Part shown: positions 51,119 to 61,071 of the stretch, piece by piece
How the letters are laid out: every line of letters starts with the position of its first letter
How positions within the stretch are numbered: the stretch's first letter is position 1
Source: a virus
Reading direction: 5' to 3' (one strand)
Length of the DNA: 64,000 bases
IMG/VR virus record: IMGVR_UViG_3300006155_000004
The notes under the pieces: model-generated
Seen by the model: the letters and a program-made list of their open reading frames with translations, nothing else
The model's database searches: none
What the model was told of the DNA's origin: nothing
Made by a program: the position numbers and the translations under genes

Positions 51119-51677
51119 TGTTTTTAAACATGATGACAACTGGCAGGATGTGAAAAATGCCGCAATGAATACAATAAACAAAAATACGGGGAAATATCCT
51201 GATTCGGAGTGGAAAAGAAAATTGCTCATGTCAGAACATTCGCCGATCAGGAGGATAAAATTCTACTGGAGATGGAGTGGACTTAAATCATGGGTCAGCG
51301 TACATATGGTGCGGCATAAAATTGGCATTGAGCACTGGGTATCAACGCAAAGACCAGACAGGACGGATAATCAGGATAAAAACAGGGATAAATTAACACA
51401 AGGCACGCTGGTAAATCATGCATGCGAGGCAGATGCGCAGGCATTGATAAACATTAGCAGAAAAAGATTGTGCGGATGTGCCGCCACACAAACGAGGCTG
51501 GCGTGGAAATCGGTAAAAGAAAAAGTAGCAGAGACGGAGCCGGAACTTGCCGGCTGCATGGTGAGAGAGTGTATTTACCGTGGATTTTGCCCGGAAATGT
51601 TTTCTTGCGGATATTATAAAACCGATGAATACAGAAAAGAATTGGAGGAATACAGGCATGGAATTAACGGGAACTAA
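51108..51677 (+). CDS. ThyX-like (flavin-dependent thymidylate synthase family) protein
   Basis: EHSPIRRIKFYWRWSG...VHMVRHKIGIEHWVSTQRPDR resembles the ThyX RHR...S...SxR signature region; shorter than canonical ThyX. Confidence 0.5.
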   Translation: MEIDVFKHDDNWQDVKNAAMNTINKNTGKYPDSEWKRKLLMSEHSPIRRIKFYWRWSGLKSWVSVHMVRHKIGIEHWVSTQRPDRTDNQDKNRDKLTQGTLVNHACEADAQALINISRKRLCGCAATQTRLAWKSVKEKVAETEPELAGCMVRECIYRGFCPEMFSCGYYKTDEYRKELEEYRHGINGN

Positions 51678-51900
51678 AACAGATGAAATACGTCACCCAT
51701 CGCATTACTGTTTCGGTAAATATGAGCCTGTAAAAGTGATACAGGACTGGGGACTATCATTTTGTTGCGGAAACGTCCTAAAATATATTGCAAGGGCAGG
51801 AAGAAAAGACGGAAACAGTAAACTGCAAGACCTGCTAAAAGCAAAGCAGTATATTGAGTTTGAAATTAAGGAGTTGGAGAATGAAAATAATCACACTTGA
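51658..51900 (+). CDS. DUF3310-family protein
   Basis: In-frame ATG 51658 with GGAGG RBS; HPSHY...EPVKVI...GNVLKYIARAGRKDG...DL-KA-Q-YI. Confidence 0.6.
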   Translation: MELTGTKTDEIRHPSHYCFGKYEPVKVIQDWGLSFCCGNVLKYIARAGRKDGNSKLQDLLKAKQYIEFEIKELENENNHT

Positions 51901-52279
51901 AACATTAAAGACCATGCCGAACGGAACGGTGTTCAGCGAAATTGACAAGTGGGGAAATCTTGAAAACGGAATCCACATACTGACCGGAAGATTTGAAAAC
52001 CGCGCTGGATTTAACGGGGAAATGGATTTGTACCCGTGGCTGGCTTCAAACGAAAATGGGGAGCATGACGTTTTTGAAATGTTTGATAATGGGGAACTGA
52101 TAAAAGACAGAGATTTCCCTACAGAATGGGTTACAAGCGATACATCACCCGTTGACTACGAAGAAAGTCAACTGTTTGCGGTATTCTCAAAAGCAGAGGT
52201 TGAAAAGATGATTAAGGTTCTGCAATGGTCGTTATCAGATTTGGAAGATGATTTTGATATGGACGAGGTTTTGATATGA
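51881..52279 (+). CDS. hypothetical protein
   Basis: In-frame ATG 51881 with AAGGAG RBS. Confidence 0.6.
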   Translation: MKIITLETLKTMPNGTVFSEIDKWGNLENGIHILTGRFENRAGFNGEMDLYPWLASNENGEHDVFEMFDNGELIKDRDFPTEWVTSDTSPVDYEESQLFAVFSKAEVEKMIKVLQWSLSDLEDDFDMDEVLI

Positions 52280-52482
52280 TTTTCAGGAATAAAGATACTG
52301 AACCGGAAAAAACCGGCTGCCTGATTTGTGATGACTTGCTTAATACAGACACCGAGCCGATACCAAAAGAACTTCTTGAAAATATGCCGGCTCAACAAAA
52401 GGGAAGCGTAATCAGCGGAACATTTGGAATATTCAGCATAAAGGAATTTGAAAAGATTTCGGGAGGATTGAAAGATGTGTGA
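52276..52482 (+). CDS. hypothetical small protein
   Basis: ORF track; ATGA overlap. Confidence 0.5.
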   Translation: MIFRNKDTEPEKTGCLICDDLLNTDTEPIPKELLENMPAQQKGSVISGTFGIFSIKEFEKISGGLKDV

Positions 52483-52696
52483 ATTTTGTGAAATAACTGT
52501 AAATATCAAAGGTGTGAAATACGGGAAAATTGTAGACTTGAAAAATACCGCAGGCAGTACGGATATAAAGGACTGTCAAATTATTATACATAAAGACCAA
52601 AATCCAGCTCTTGCGATATTTGACAGGTTTGGTGGAGCATCATTCATTGAAATATCAAATTGCCCCATGTGCGGCAGAAATTTGACGGAGGAATAA
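52475..52696 (+). CDS. small zinc-ribbon protein
   Basis: ORF track; GGGAGGA RBS; CEFC...CPMCG. Confidence 0.55.
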   Translation: MCEFCEITVNIKGVKYGKIVDLKNTAGSTDIKDCQIIIHKDQNPALAIFDRFGGASFIEISNCPMCGRNLTEE

Positions 52697-52699
52697 CAG

Positions 52700-52915
52700 A
52701 TGTATCAAGCGGTTTATAAATGCAGGTTGTGCGGAGAAACTTTCAAAAAGGGAAATGAAAGTCTTGGAAGAGCTGTTGGAATTGCAGGCAGGTTGACGAA
52801 TGAGGATAATTTTGCACAAGGAGACGTTTATGGAAGCAGATACGCAATACATAATTGTAAAGACGATTCTTGTGGATTTGCTGATTTTCAAGGCTTTAAG
52901 AAAGCGGAGGAATAA
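52700..52915 (+). CDS. hypothetical small Cys protein
   Basis: ORF track; ACGGAGGA RBS. Confidence 0.55.
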   Translation: MYQAVYKCRLCGETFKKGNESLGRAVGIAGRLTNEDNFAQGDVYGSRYAIHNCKDDSCGFADFQGFKKAEE

Positions 52916-52918
52916 CCA

Positions 52919-53113
52919 ATGCATATTAACAAAGCAGAAACAAGCATGATGGACATTTCAAAATTTGTCAACGAATCGAAACAAAGCAGAGAATACAGGG
53001 ATTACATCATAGAAACAGAAAGCTATGCGCTTATGAAAAAGGAATTGTACGAAGAATTGGAAATGGGAGGTTTTGTAACATCTGCATTGAGAAAGGCGAG
53101 AAACAAAAGTTAG
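52919..53113 (+). CDS. hypothetical small protein
   Basis: ORF track; GCGGAGGA RBS. Confidence 0.55.
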   Translation: MHINKAETSMMDISKFVNESKQSREYRDYIIETESYALMKKELYEELEMGGFVTSALRKARNKS

Positions 53114-53125
53114 GAGGACTAATCT

Positions 53126-53479
53126 ATGTTTGAGGTTATATACATATCCCCCTCATGCAAACAGGCAGTGAATTTCATAAATGACCTTGCCATTAAATTA
53201 AAACAGCGTGGAATTGACAGTTTTGATATGGACTGCAAAAACATTCAACTCAAATCGGAGAAGTTTATTGTTTCGGCGGTTGATATATTTGGAAATAATC
53301 TTGGATTGAGCCACCACATGACGGAATACTACATAGACATGGTATCGGACACAGTATTTCCAAGAAATTGTACAAAAATGTGTGAATTGGAAAGATTAAA
53401 AGACTTAAAATGCACTTTCGGAGAGGGAACAAAGAAAATTTCCGAGGAAGAATTGATTGAGATTTTGACGGAGGAATAA
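53126..53479 (+). CDS. hypothetical protein
   Basis: ORF track; TAGGAGGA RBS. Confidence 0.65.
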   Translation: MFEVIYISPSCKQAVNFINDLAIKLKQRGIDSFDMDCKNIQLKSEKFIVSAVDIFGNNLGLSHHMTEYYIDMVSDTVFPRNCTKMCELERLKDLKCTFGEGTKKISEEELIEILTEE

Positions 53480-53482
53480 TTT

Positions 53483-53761
53483 ATGTGGCTATTAAAATTA
53501 CACTTTTCAATATCGGTATTATGTATGCTGACATTTATCGGGTTTAAGTCGCTTTATAAACAGCAGGTGAAAGATAACGGTTGGATTGACGAGGAAAAGA
53601 AGAAAAAGAAAAGCGTATTTGCGTATTTTATGTTTTTCGTGCCGATTATGAATATTCTGTTTGTCATCATAATGTTTTTGATGATTGGTATGAAAAAAAA
53701 GGATTTTGACAAGATGTGCGAGGACGCAAAGAAAGATAGTGAGGCATCAACCCATGACTAA
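53483..53761 (+). CDS. small membrane protein
   Basis: ORF track; ACGGAGGA RBS; two TM helices. Confidence 0.6.
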   Translation: MWLLKLHFSISVLCMLTFIGFKSLYKQQVKDNGWIDEEKKKKKSVFAYFMFFVPIMNILFVIIMFLMIGMKKKDFDKMCEDAKKDSEASTHD

Positions 53762-54881
53762 AACCGAATTACTCTCAACCTACACAGCGGAACAGCTTGC
53801 CGGCATGGTTATCAACTTGCAAGGCGCAAGCGAAGTAAAGAATGACGAAATACATAAATTGAAATGGCAAATATCAAGTCTGGAAGAAGAAAACGGAAGA
53901 TTGCAATCTAAACTTGATACATACAACAACTATCTTCTTCCAAGATGTACAAAAGAAGCAAAAGAAATGATAGACCATAATCATTTTACAGGAGTTAGAA
54001 TCGTAACATGGGAACAGTGGAATAATCGGGTAGAGAAATCTATGAACATATCAGACATTCAGAAATGCCAAGATGAATATGAAAATCTTTTGAAAGAAAG
54101 CCCCTTAGAGGGAGTAATGAATAAAATTACCAAAGATATTCTCGAACAGAAAAATAATGCTATGGCAATGGAATTTACAAGGATAATTTGCGATTTGCTG
54201 AAAAGATACGGCGTGTATGTTCGCTGCACGGAAACCAAATTCGGTGAGAAGATAACCGCAAATTCCATTGAAGAACAATACGGCATTGTATTTGACAGCA
54301 TGGACTTTTCGCAACATGATAAGGAATTTATGGACAAGATTAAAGAGTTGGAAGAAGAACTGGAAAAATCCAATAGAGAACACGCAAAAACCTTATGGGA
54401 ATTTTGCGACAGCGTAAAGAAAGAGGATTACGAGAAAGAAGTCAATCACTTACAATCAGAAGTCGAGAAATATCGCAAAGCCTTTGAGGAAACAAAGAAA
54501 GAGCGTGACTGCCAGATTACGGAGTATCAAAGCAGAACCGAAAAGGACAAAACAGAACTTGAAAGAACCAAAAACACCATAAACCAGATTGATGATATTC
54601 TGGAAAAGTTATTTGGTGTGCGGCATGATACGGTTGACAAACCGGATGAATTTGAAAAGATTTTGCATGAAAGAATAAAAGGGAATGCAACCGATTTTCT
54701 CCCAACAGAACCTATCAAAGTAGCGGAAATGCTGATAACAGCAAAAGGAGGGTGCGAACCGTTACATATTGGGAACGATGTGTTTAAAGATACATACCGC
54801 ATATTTGACGTATCAGAGTTAAGGCAGATAGCGGAACATTTATTGATTTATTGCAATCATAACAAGGAGGAAGAAGAATGA
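53754..54881 (+). CDS. coiled-coil protein
   Basis: In-frame ATG 53754 overlapping the upstream stop; long E/K-rich heptad-like stretches. Confidence 0.65.
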   Translation: MTKTELLSTYTAEQLAGMVINLQGASEVKNDEIHKLKWQISSLEEENGRLQSKLDTYNNYLLPRCTKEAKEMIDHNHFTGVRIVTWEQWNNRVEKSMNISDIQKCQDEYENLLKESPLEGVMNKITKDILEQKNNAMAMEFTRIICDLLKRYGVYVRCTETKFGEKITANSIEEQYGIVFDSMDFSQHDKEFMDKIKELEEELEKSNREHAKTLWEFCDSVKKEDYEKEVNHLQSEVEKYRKAFEETKKERDCQITEYQSRTEKDKTELERTKNTINQIDDILEKLFGVRHDTVDKPDEFEKILHERIKGNATDFLPTEPIKVAEMLITAKGGCEPLHIGNDVFKDTYRIFDVSELRQIAEHLLIYCNHNKEEEE

Positions 54882-55420
54882 AGAATTTGAAATTAGGGTT
54901 GATTATTGCAGCAGGAGTAATTGCAGTCATTTTGCTCTGTGTGTTTGGGGTACAGAGTTCGCAGAATAAGGCGTTTGCTTTAGAGGAACAAGTGAACACA
55001 GCACAGTCAGACATTAAGGTGCAGGAAAAGCGCAGGGTAGATTTGGTTTATAATCTTGCAGATTGTGTGAAACAGTATGACAAACATGAGGCAGAAACAT
55101 TAAAAGCCATTGTTGAGGGGCGCGGTTCCACTGGCGATATCGAAAATGCGACTACAGCGATTACAGCGGTATCAGAAGCGTATCCAGAATTAAAGTCGAA
55201 TGAAAATTATAAGCAGCTTATGAACGAATTGGCAATGACTGAAAACCTGATTGCGGAATATAGGAGCAACTATAATAAGCAGATCAAAGAATACAACAGA
55301 TATGTGAAAGCGTTTCCGACAAGAATATTTCTGAATATTCTTGGGTATGAAAAACAGAATTATACATATTTGGATTATGAAGCACCCGTAGACTCACCCA
55401 AAAATCTTTTTGGAGAATAA
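54878..55420 (+). CDS. lemA: LemA-family membrane protein
   Basis: N-terminal TM then ...EEQVNTAQSDIKVQEKRRVDLVYNL...AYPELKSNENYKQLMNEL...YNRYVKAFPT, typical of LemA. Confidence 0.8.
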   Translation: MKNLKLGLIIAAGVIAVILLCVFGVQSSQNKAFALEEQVNTAQSDIKVQEKRRVDLVYNLADCVKQYDKHEAETLKAIVEGRGSTGDIENATTAITAVSEAYPELKSNENYKQLMNELAMTENLIAEYRSNYNKQIKEYNRYVKAFPTRIFLNILGYEKQNYTYLDYEAPVDSPKNLFGE

Positions 55421-55422
55421 GT

Positions 55423-56250
55423 ATGAGCAGATACAACCACGGAAATAATGGATTTGATTTTGGAGATTTTGAAATTACCAAGAGAGAAATTTTAGCAAGT
55501 GTTTCTATTATAGCCGCAATGTTACTGATTGGTGTTCTGATTTCCAGCAAGATTTCGGAACACCAGCTAGACGCAAACGAAGTCTACAACAAAGCGGTCA
55601 AAATAGATAATACAGACTTGTTCCAGTATGGCATGGACACAAATGTAGGAAATGCGTTTGTATATGGCGATTTAGTGGCGGTTGATACAGTTACATATCC
55701 AGAGGTTGGCGGAGAGTATATGTACATCGAAAAAGTGAAAGAAAAATATACAAAGCATACTCGCACCGTTACATATAAAGACAGTAATGGCAAGAAGCAT
55801 ACTAAAAAAGAAACATATTGGACTTGGGATAGGGTAGGTAGTGAGGATAAGAAATGCCAAGAAATATCCTTTTGTGGAATTGTCTTTAGTAGCAATAAGA
55901 TTGATTTACCAAACACGAATTATATTGATACAATCAAAGAAACAAGTCATATCAGATACAAATATTATGGCATAGGAACAAAATACATAGGAACAATTTT
56001 CACAGATTTAAGGAATCAAACAATATCGGATAATACAAAGTTTTATGTTGATAAAAATATAGAGGAAACAGTCGAGCATTTGGAAGCTGGCGGCGGCGTG
56101 ATTATATTCTGGATATTCTGGATTACACTAATCGGCGGATGTGTGTTTGGGTTTTATTATTTAGACAATAAATGGTTGGAGCAGGTGTCATATGAAAGTC
56201 TTAGTCAACAATTCCCTATACGAAATGGGGAGAAAGGAAAAATATTTTAA
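55423..56250 (+). CDS. membrane protein (TM at both ends), partner of LemA
   Basis: ORF track; N- and C-terminal hydrophobic helices. Confidence 0.65.
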   Translation: MSRYNHGNNGFDFGDFEITKREILASVSIIAAMLLIGVLISSKISEHQLDANEVYNKAVKIDNTDLFQYGMDTNVGNAFVYGDLVAVDTVTYPEVGGEYMYIEKVKEKYTKHTRTVTYKDSNGKKHTKKETYWTWDRVGSEDKKCQEISFCGIVFSSNKIDLPNTNYIDTIKETSHIRYKYYGIGTKYIGTIFTDLRNQTISDNTKFYVDKNIEETVEHLEAGGGVIIFWIFWITLIGGCVFGFYYLDNKWLEQVSYESLSQQFPIRNGEKGKIF

Positions 56251-56401
56251 AGAATGGAATGAATGGAGAAAAAGAAATATGAACGGAAGAATTTATAAAT
56301 TTCTTGTTTTGTTAAAATTAGCAAAATCTCCAACTTTTGAATCGCATAGACAGTTTAGGAAAATGAAATGGGGCATGACATTTGAAAGTAATCGCAAATG
56401 A
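56192..56401 (+). CDS. hypothetical small protein, tandem paralog of the N-terminus of 56382..
   Basis: MKVLVNNSLYEMGRKE vs MKVIANESIYEMGRKE; overlaps 55423..56250 by 59 nt. Confidence 0.45.
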   Translation: MKVLVNNSLYEMGRKEKYFKEWNEWRKRNMNGRIYKFLVLLKLAKSPTFESHRQFRKMKWGMTFESNRK

Positions 56402-56927
56402 AAGCATATACGAAATGGGAAGAAAAGAATACAGGGGCGTTTTAAAAGCCGCAAGCAAACAAATACCGTGCGGCATATATGCGGTTGAAAAAGACGGTAT
56501 CTGCGAACTGCGGAAAGATACATTTGACAGCAAAGAGGAATTGAAGAAAGCTGTTGCAGAATATGCGGCGAAAGGGTTCAAGGTTTATTATAATTCACAG
56601 ATTGGAGGATTTATTATGACAACATTTAAAACAGGAGACATAGTTATTTGCAAAAAGCATAGCGTAGCGCAGAAACTTGTTTGCGATTCTAAGGGAATAA
56701 GAATCGAAAATTATATTGACGATTATTTCTTTAATCGGGAAGCTGTGATTGAAAACACTTACAAAGAAGCAATGGAAGAACGCTTTAAAAACGATTTACA
56801 TGAAGAATTTAAAGACGAGGAAGAATATATAGTGAGATTTTTGGGCGATAATACAACCCTTGCATGGCTTAAAGCGGAAGAACTTGTCTTAAAGATTCCG
56901 AAGGAACAGTTTATAGGCTTGGTTTAG
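56382..56927 (+). CDS. fusion ORF: about 75-aa paralog module running without a stop into a second module that has its own RBS/ATG at 56616
   Basis: TTG start per ORF track; TTGGAGGA RBS 6 nt before internal ATG 56616 (MTTFKTGDIV...). Confidence 0.5.
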   Translation: MKVIANESIYEMGRKEYRGVLKAASKQIPCGIYAVEKDGICELRKDTFDSKEELKKAVAEYAAKGFKVYYNSQIGGFIMTTFKTGDIVICKKHSVAQKLVCDSKGIRIENYIDDYFFNREAVIENTYKEAMEERFKNDLHEEFKDEEEYIVRFLGDNTTLAWLKAEELVLKIPKEQFIGLV

Positions 56928-56933
56928 GGGAAA

Positions 56934-57080
56934 ATGCAAATGAACAATAACTGCAACCTAACCACCTGCCGCTACAACCAATCTGGCACTTGCACGAATG
57001 AGGACAAGCGTCAAGAGTGCGTAGAGGTCAGTAAGAGCGCGTTGTGTTTGGAGGATATGGAGGATGAGATTAACAGATAA
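56934..57080 (+). CDS. small Cys-rich protein (DUF1540-like, 48 aa)
   Basis: Hand-translated; CNLTTCRYNQSGTCT... Confidence 0.45.
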   Translation: MQMNNNCNLTTCRYNQSGTCTNEDKRQECVEVSKSALCLEDMEDEINR

Positions 57081-57222
57081 GCAAGCAAAGAATTTATCTG
57101 GCGCCGCATGGGTTGATTATTTTAGAGGTTATCCTAATCTTTGCGATCGCAGAGCAGAAAACAACAACTGGCGCAAAATGCACCATTTACCGATGATTAG
57201 GCGGAGGGGGAAGAGGAAATGA
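57064..57222 (+). CDS. hypothetical small basic protein (52 aa)
   Basis: Hand-translated; GGAGGA RBS 7 nt upstream. Confidence 0.4.
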   Translation: MRLTDKQAKNLSGAAWVDYFRGYPNLCDRRAENNNWRKMHHLPMIRRRGKRK

Positions 57223-57434
57223 TTGAAATTGGAAACGGAAACAAAATTGTGAATTGCCAAATATGCGATTCAAGAAATGGAAAGCTGATTCTGAACGGAA
57301 AAGAAATTCTGAAACCACCAGTAGAAATGAATAATGTAACGATGATTAACGGAAGTGTATTTGTAGGAGGATATGAATATATAGGAGGAGAATGGAAACG
57401 GACTTTAAGGGCGTTATTCCACAAGTATTTTTAG
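57219..57434 (+). CDS. hypothetical small protein
   Basis: ORF track; ATGA overlap. Confidence 0.5.
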   Translation: MIEIGNGNKIVNCQICDSRNGKLILNGKEILKPPVEMNNVTMINGSVFVGGYEYIGGEWKRTLRALFHKYF

Positions 57435-57446
57435 GAGAGCGCGAAA

Positions 57447-57641
57447 ATGAAACTTGGCGAATACGTAGAAAGTATCTGCCAAGAACCTTTGAGTAAATAT
57501 CAAAAAGCGTTCCTTGAAGATATGGAGCAAAAGTTAAAGAATGGCTATGAAATATCCATGCCGCCACGAATAGGCAGGACATTAAGTATTCAGACAATAT
57601 GGGCGATAGAGCAATGGAAACGGTTGGAGGTCTGCAAGTGA
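57447..57641 (+). CDS. hypothetical small protein
   Basis: ORF track; TAGGAG RBS. Confidence 0.5.
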   Translation: MKLGEYVESICQEPLSKYQKAFLEDMEQKLKNGYEISMPPRIGRTLSIQTIWAIEQWKRLEVCK

Positions 57642-57790
57642 GCAAAGATAAAACAGAACTGAAAAATTCCGTCATTGAAAAGGCAGAAGAAATCGCAGAA
57701 GTGCTTTCAAAGAATAGCGACTGCGAACTCCGCACATCTCCTAATGGCGTGGCGGTTATCAAAGTAAAAAAGGAGGTCGTTTCAAAATGA
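57638..57790 (+). CDS. hypothetical small protein (50 aa)
   Basis: GTG 57638, 7 nt after GGAGG; GTGA overlap. Confidence 0.4.
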   Translation: MSKDKTELKNSVIEKAEEIAEVLSKNSDCELRTSPNGVAVIKVKKEVVSK

Positions 57791-57960
57791 TTAGTTTAAG
57801 CGTTGAAGAAAAATGCCAAAACTGCCCTTATTTTTCTCCAAATGTAGAGCAGATAGACACAACGGAATTAGGCGATAAGAAAAAATTGTTGCAAACTGTT
57901 TATTGCGACCACAAAGACTTCTGCAATAATGTTGAGGAATATTTAGAAAGCAGAAAATAA
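57787..57960 (+). CDS. hypothetical small Cys protein (57 aa)
   Basis: Hand-translated; ATGA overlap. Confidence 0.45.
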   Translation: MISLSVEEKCQNCPYFSPNVEQIDTTELGDKKKLLQTVYCDHKDFCNNVEEYLESRK

Positions 57961-58048
57961 CATATCTAACACCGTACATAAAGCGTTTGTGCGGAATAGT
58001 CAAAGCGTGACTTACTTTTTATTTGAAGGGAGGTTGCGCTTTTCTTTT

Positions 58049-59803
58049 ATGGCAAGTCAAGAATTACTCAAAGAAATTTCCGATGCAGAAAAATATATAG
58101 AAAGACACGGGATAGATATTGACGCCGTTAATGCGTTTCATACTTATGTATTCTGGGCGGATGAAGAAGATAAGGACATAGAAACTGCCCTTAAAATCGC
58201 ACCAAGGGCAAAAGAACTGATGAACCAGTATGTCATAAACGGTGCAGGCGGCGACATATGGGAACTTGAAAAGTTCTGCTTTGCCAACAAGACAGGGCAT
58301 GAAATGGTGGATAAGTGGTATGAGATATTGAAGTTGGAGGCTCTACATCTATTTGAAAGTTTCTGCTTTTACATGGAAAAGAACCGCCCGCCAGAGGAAC
58401 GGTTTTACCAGCCAAGAGTAAATCCGCTAAGACAAGTGGCGCAGCTTATACAAGACCTATTCGATGATAAACTTGACGAGGGAATGGTATTCTGCCCCGG
58501 ACGAATAGGAAAAACCCAAATAGTCAAAATGGGTAATTTATGGTTCGGTTCAAACCGACCAGAACGGTCAAATTTATATTCTGCATACTCTGACAAGATA
58601 ACCGGCGGATTTTATGACGGGACAAACGAACTAATTACCGACCCAACCTATACATACGCTGAAATTTTCCCAAAGAATGTTGAGAAAAAGCCGATTACAG
58701 ACGGAAAAGACTTGACGATAGACCTTATCCGAAAGAAAACTTACCCAACATTTACCATGCGGTCTATCTACGGAACATTGAATGGAGCGTGTGACTGTGA
58801 CGGATTGGGCATATATGACGACTTGTTTAGTGGTATTGATGAAGCGTTGAGCGAGGACAGGCAGAGGACAGTGTGGGGCAAGTTTGACAATAACTACATG
58901 CCAAGAATAAAGCCAGGGAAAGCAAAACTATTAGGAATTGGCACAAGATGGGCACCAAAAGATGTACAAGGACGCAGACTTGAACTTTTAAATAATGACC
59001 CTGACTATGCAGACATACGGCATAGAGAAATCATAATACCAGCATTAAACGAAAACGGAGAAAGCAACTTTGATTATCCATATAAATTAGGCTATACAAC
59101 GCTTGATTATAAGCGCAGAATGGCTTCTTTTGAAAACAATGACGATATGGCTTCGTGGTTTGCGCAGTATCAGCAAGAACCGATTGAGCGAAAAGGTCAG
59201 ATGTTCAATGTTGACAACATGAATTTCTTCAAACCGCAGGAAATCGAAGGAATAAGACCAGATAGAATATTTGCAGCAAATGACCCGGCTTATGGAGGTG
59301 GCGACTTTGTATCAATGCCTATTTGCTATGAAATCAACGGAAATCATTATGTGGTTGACGCTGTTTACAACGATGGGGAAAAGGACATTACAATTCCAGA
59401 GGTCACAAGCAGAATGGAAGACCATTTAGATAAATTCCCAAAGAAAACAGCAGAAGTGCATTTCGAGGAAACAAAGACTACAGACGGATATCGGAAAGAC
59501 TGTGAAAAGATATGGAAAGAAGACGGATATCCAATAAACACGACCCATGACCCGGCGGACAATCAAAGCGCAAAAATGGACAGGATAAAAAACCATGCGC
59601 CAGATATAAGAAAACTGTACTTTTTGGACATGAAGTATCAAAGCAAGGAATACAGAAAGTATTTTCAAAACATTCTATCCTGCACCTACGAGGGGAAAAT
59701 GAAACATGATGACGGAATTGACTCTACGGCGCAGCTTTGCGACATGATTTATGGAAATAAGCGCAAAAATCGTAAAACAATCATAATGCCAAGCCCAATC
59801 TAA
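58049..59803 (+). CDS. terL: terminase large subunit
   Basis: Walker A PGRIGKT; size; position immediately upstream of the portal region; start ATG 58049 (weak RBS) inside ORF 57989..59803. Confidence 0.85.
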   Translation: MASQELLKEISDAEKYIERHGIDIDAVNAFHTYVFWADEEDKDIETALKIAPRAKELMNQYVINGAGGDIWELEKFCFANKTGHEMVDKWYEILKLEALHLFESFCFYMEKNRPPEERFYQPRVNPLRQVAQLIQDLFDDKLDEGMVFCPGRIGKTQIVKMGNLWFGSNRPERSNLYSAYSDKITGGFYDGTNELITDPTYTYAEIFPKNVEKKPITDGKDLTIDLIRKKTYPTFTMRSIYGTLNGACDCDGLGIYDDLFSGIDEALSEDRQRTVWGKFDNNYMPRIKPGKAKLLGIGTRWAPKDVQGRRLELLNNDPDYADIRHREIIIPALNENGESNFDYPYKLGYTTLDYKRRMASFENNDDMASWFAQYQQEPIERKGQMFNVDNMNFFKPQEIEGIRPDRIFAANDPAYGGGDFVSMPICYEINGNHYVVDAVYNDGEKDITIPEVTSRMEDHLDKFPKKTAEVHFEETKTTDGYRKDCEKIWKEDGYPINTTHDPADNQSAKMDRIKNHAPDIRKLYFLDMKYQSKEYRKYFQNILSCTYEGKMKHDDGIDSTAQLCDMIYGNKRKNRKTIIMPSPI

Positions 59804-59818
59804 AGGAGGATTACATAC

Positions 59819-60235
59819 ATGGAAATAAAAGAAGTTTTCAACTCAAAAGAAGAATTAAATGCTTGCCTTAAATGGTGGCAGGAAAAGCTGTTTTTGACAG
59901 ACTGGATTATTAAAGCGAGAATTTCTGAACCATGCGACTTTATTACAGAAAACTCTTGTGGAGAAAACGAATTTGACATGGTAAACAAATGCTGCGTAAT
60001 CCGAATTTTGGACAAGAAGTATTACGGCGACCGCATTATGAAATATTGCGCTGAAAAAGTGCTAGTCCATGAATTGCTTCACTGTAAATACAACTGGATA
60101 GCAAACGAAAGTTCTTATGAGGGAAAGTATGTTGATGTCATGGAGCATGGATTGTTAGAACAAATGGCAAAGTCGCTGATTATGGCTAAGTACGATTTGA
60201 GTCTTGATTATTTCGGTGATATGGAGGTGGAGTAA
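59819..60235 (+). CDS. HExxH metallopeptidase-like protein
   Basis: KVLVHELLHC motif; paralog of 36706..37029. Confidence 0.55.
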   Translation: MEIKEVFNSKEELNACLKWWQEKLFLTDWIIKARISEPCDFITENSCGENEFDMVNKCCVIRILDKKYYGDRIMKYCAEKVLVHELLHCKYNWIANESSYEGKYVDVMEHGLLEQMAKSLIMAKYDLSLDYFGDMEVE

Positions 60236-60675
60236 TGACAACCAAGGAATACTTATCTCAAATCAGCAGACTTGACCGCATGATAAAAAACAAACTTACA
60301 GAACTTTCCCAATTAAAAGAAATGACGCACGGATTATCTGCCATTCCAAACGAGGAAAGAGTGCAGTCAACACCGAACGTTGACAAAATTGGAACTGCAT
60401 ACTGCAAAATAGAGTCTATGGAAGAAAACATAGACAGACTGATTGACGAATACGCAGACAAGAAAAACGAAATCATTTCACAGATTGACGGAATGGAAGA
60501 TGAAATACTGTATGATATTCTTTTTTCTAGGTACATAGCCAGGAAAACATTTGAGAAAATTGCAGACAACATGAACTATTCTTTCAGGCAGACAACAAGG
60601 ATTCACGGAAAAGCGTTGCAAGAATTTGAAAAGAAATATGGACATCTGTATATTGAAGATGAAAACGTGTCCTAG
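60235..60675 (+). CDS. sigma-like/DUF1492-type transcriptional regulator
   Basis: Coiled N-terminus then ...ILFSRYIARKTFEKIADNMNYSFRQTTRIHGKAL region-4-like HTH. Confidence 0.55.
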   Translation: MTTKEYLSQISRLDRMIKNKLTELSQLKEMTHGLSAIPNEERVQSTPNVDKIGTAYCKIESMEENIDRLIDEYADKKNEIISQIDGMEDEILYDILFSRYIARKTFEKIADNMNYSFRQTTRIHGKALQEFEKKYGHLYIEDENVS

Positions 60676-60816
60676 AATGTCCTATTGTCGGCATGATATT
60701 ATTAAAATCGAAGAACGAACAAAGTTTTTCATTGACAAATCCTCTAAACGAAAAGGCGTTGCCGCAATGGTAGCGTCTTTTTGCATGGGGAAAATCAAAT
60801 TTAAGGAGGGGATTGC

Positions 60817-61047
60817 ATGAGCAGAACCAAAAACATAATCCCCGAATTTACAAAGGACGAGCAAGACTACATAAAGGAACACGCAAACTTTATGGAAGAA
60901 GAATTGCTTTTCTTTGAACTACGAAATAAACAGCACACTTATGAATACTGCGCAATGGAAATGGGAATGTGCGTGTCGGCAGTCAAGAAAGTATCAAAGA
61001 AAACTATTTCTAAGATTATGAGAGTGATACGGCATATGGATATTTGA
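60817..61047 (+). CDS. small sigma-70 region-4-like HTH protein
   Basis: Paralog of 29032..29250 (IIPEFTKDEQDYIKEHANF...ELRNK vs KVPDFTLPELEYIKKNGNL...ELRNQ). Confidence 0.55.
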   Translation: MSRTKNIIPEFTKDEQDYIKEHANFMEEELLFFELRNKQHTYEYCAMEMGMCVSAVKKVSKKTISKIMRVIRHMDI

Positions 61048-61071
61048 TTTGCGTGGAAAGAGAGGGCAATT

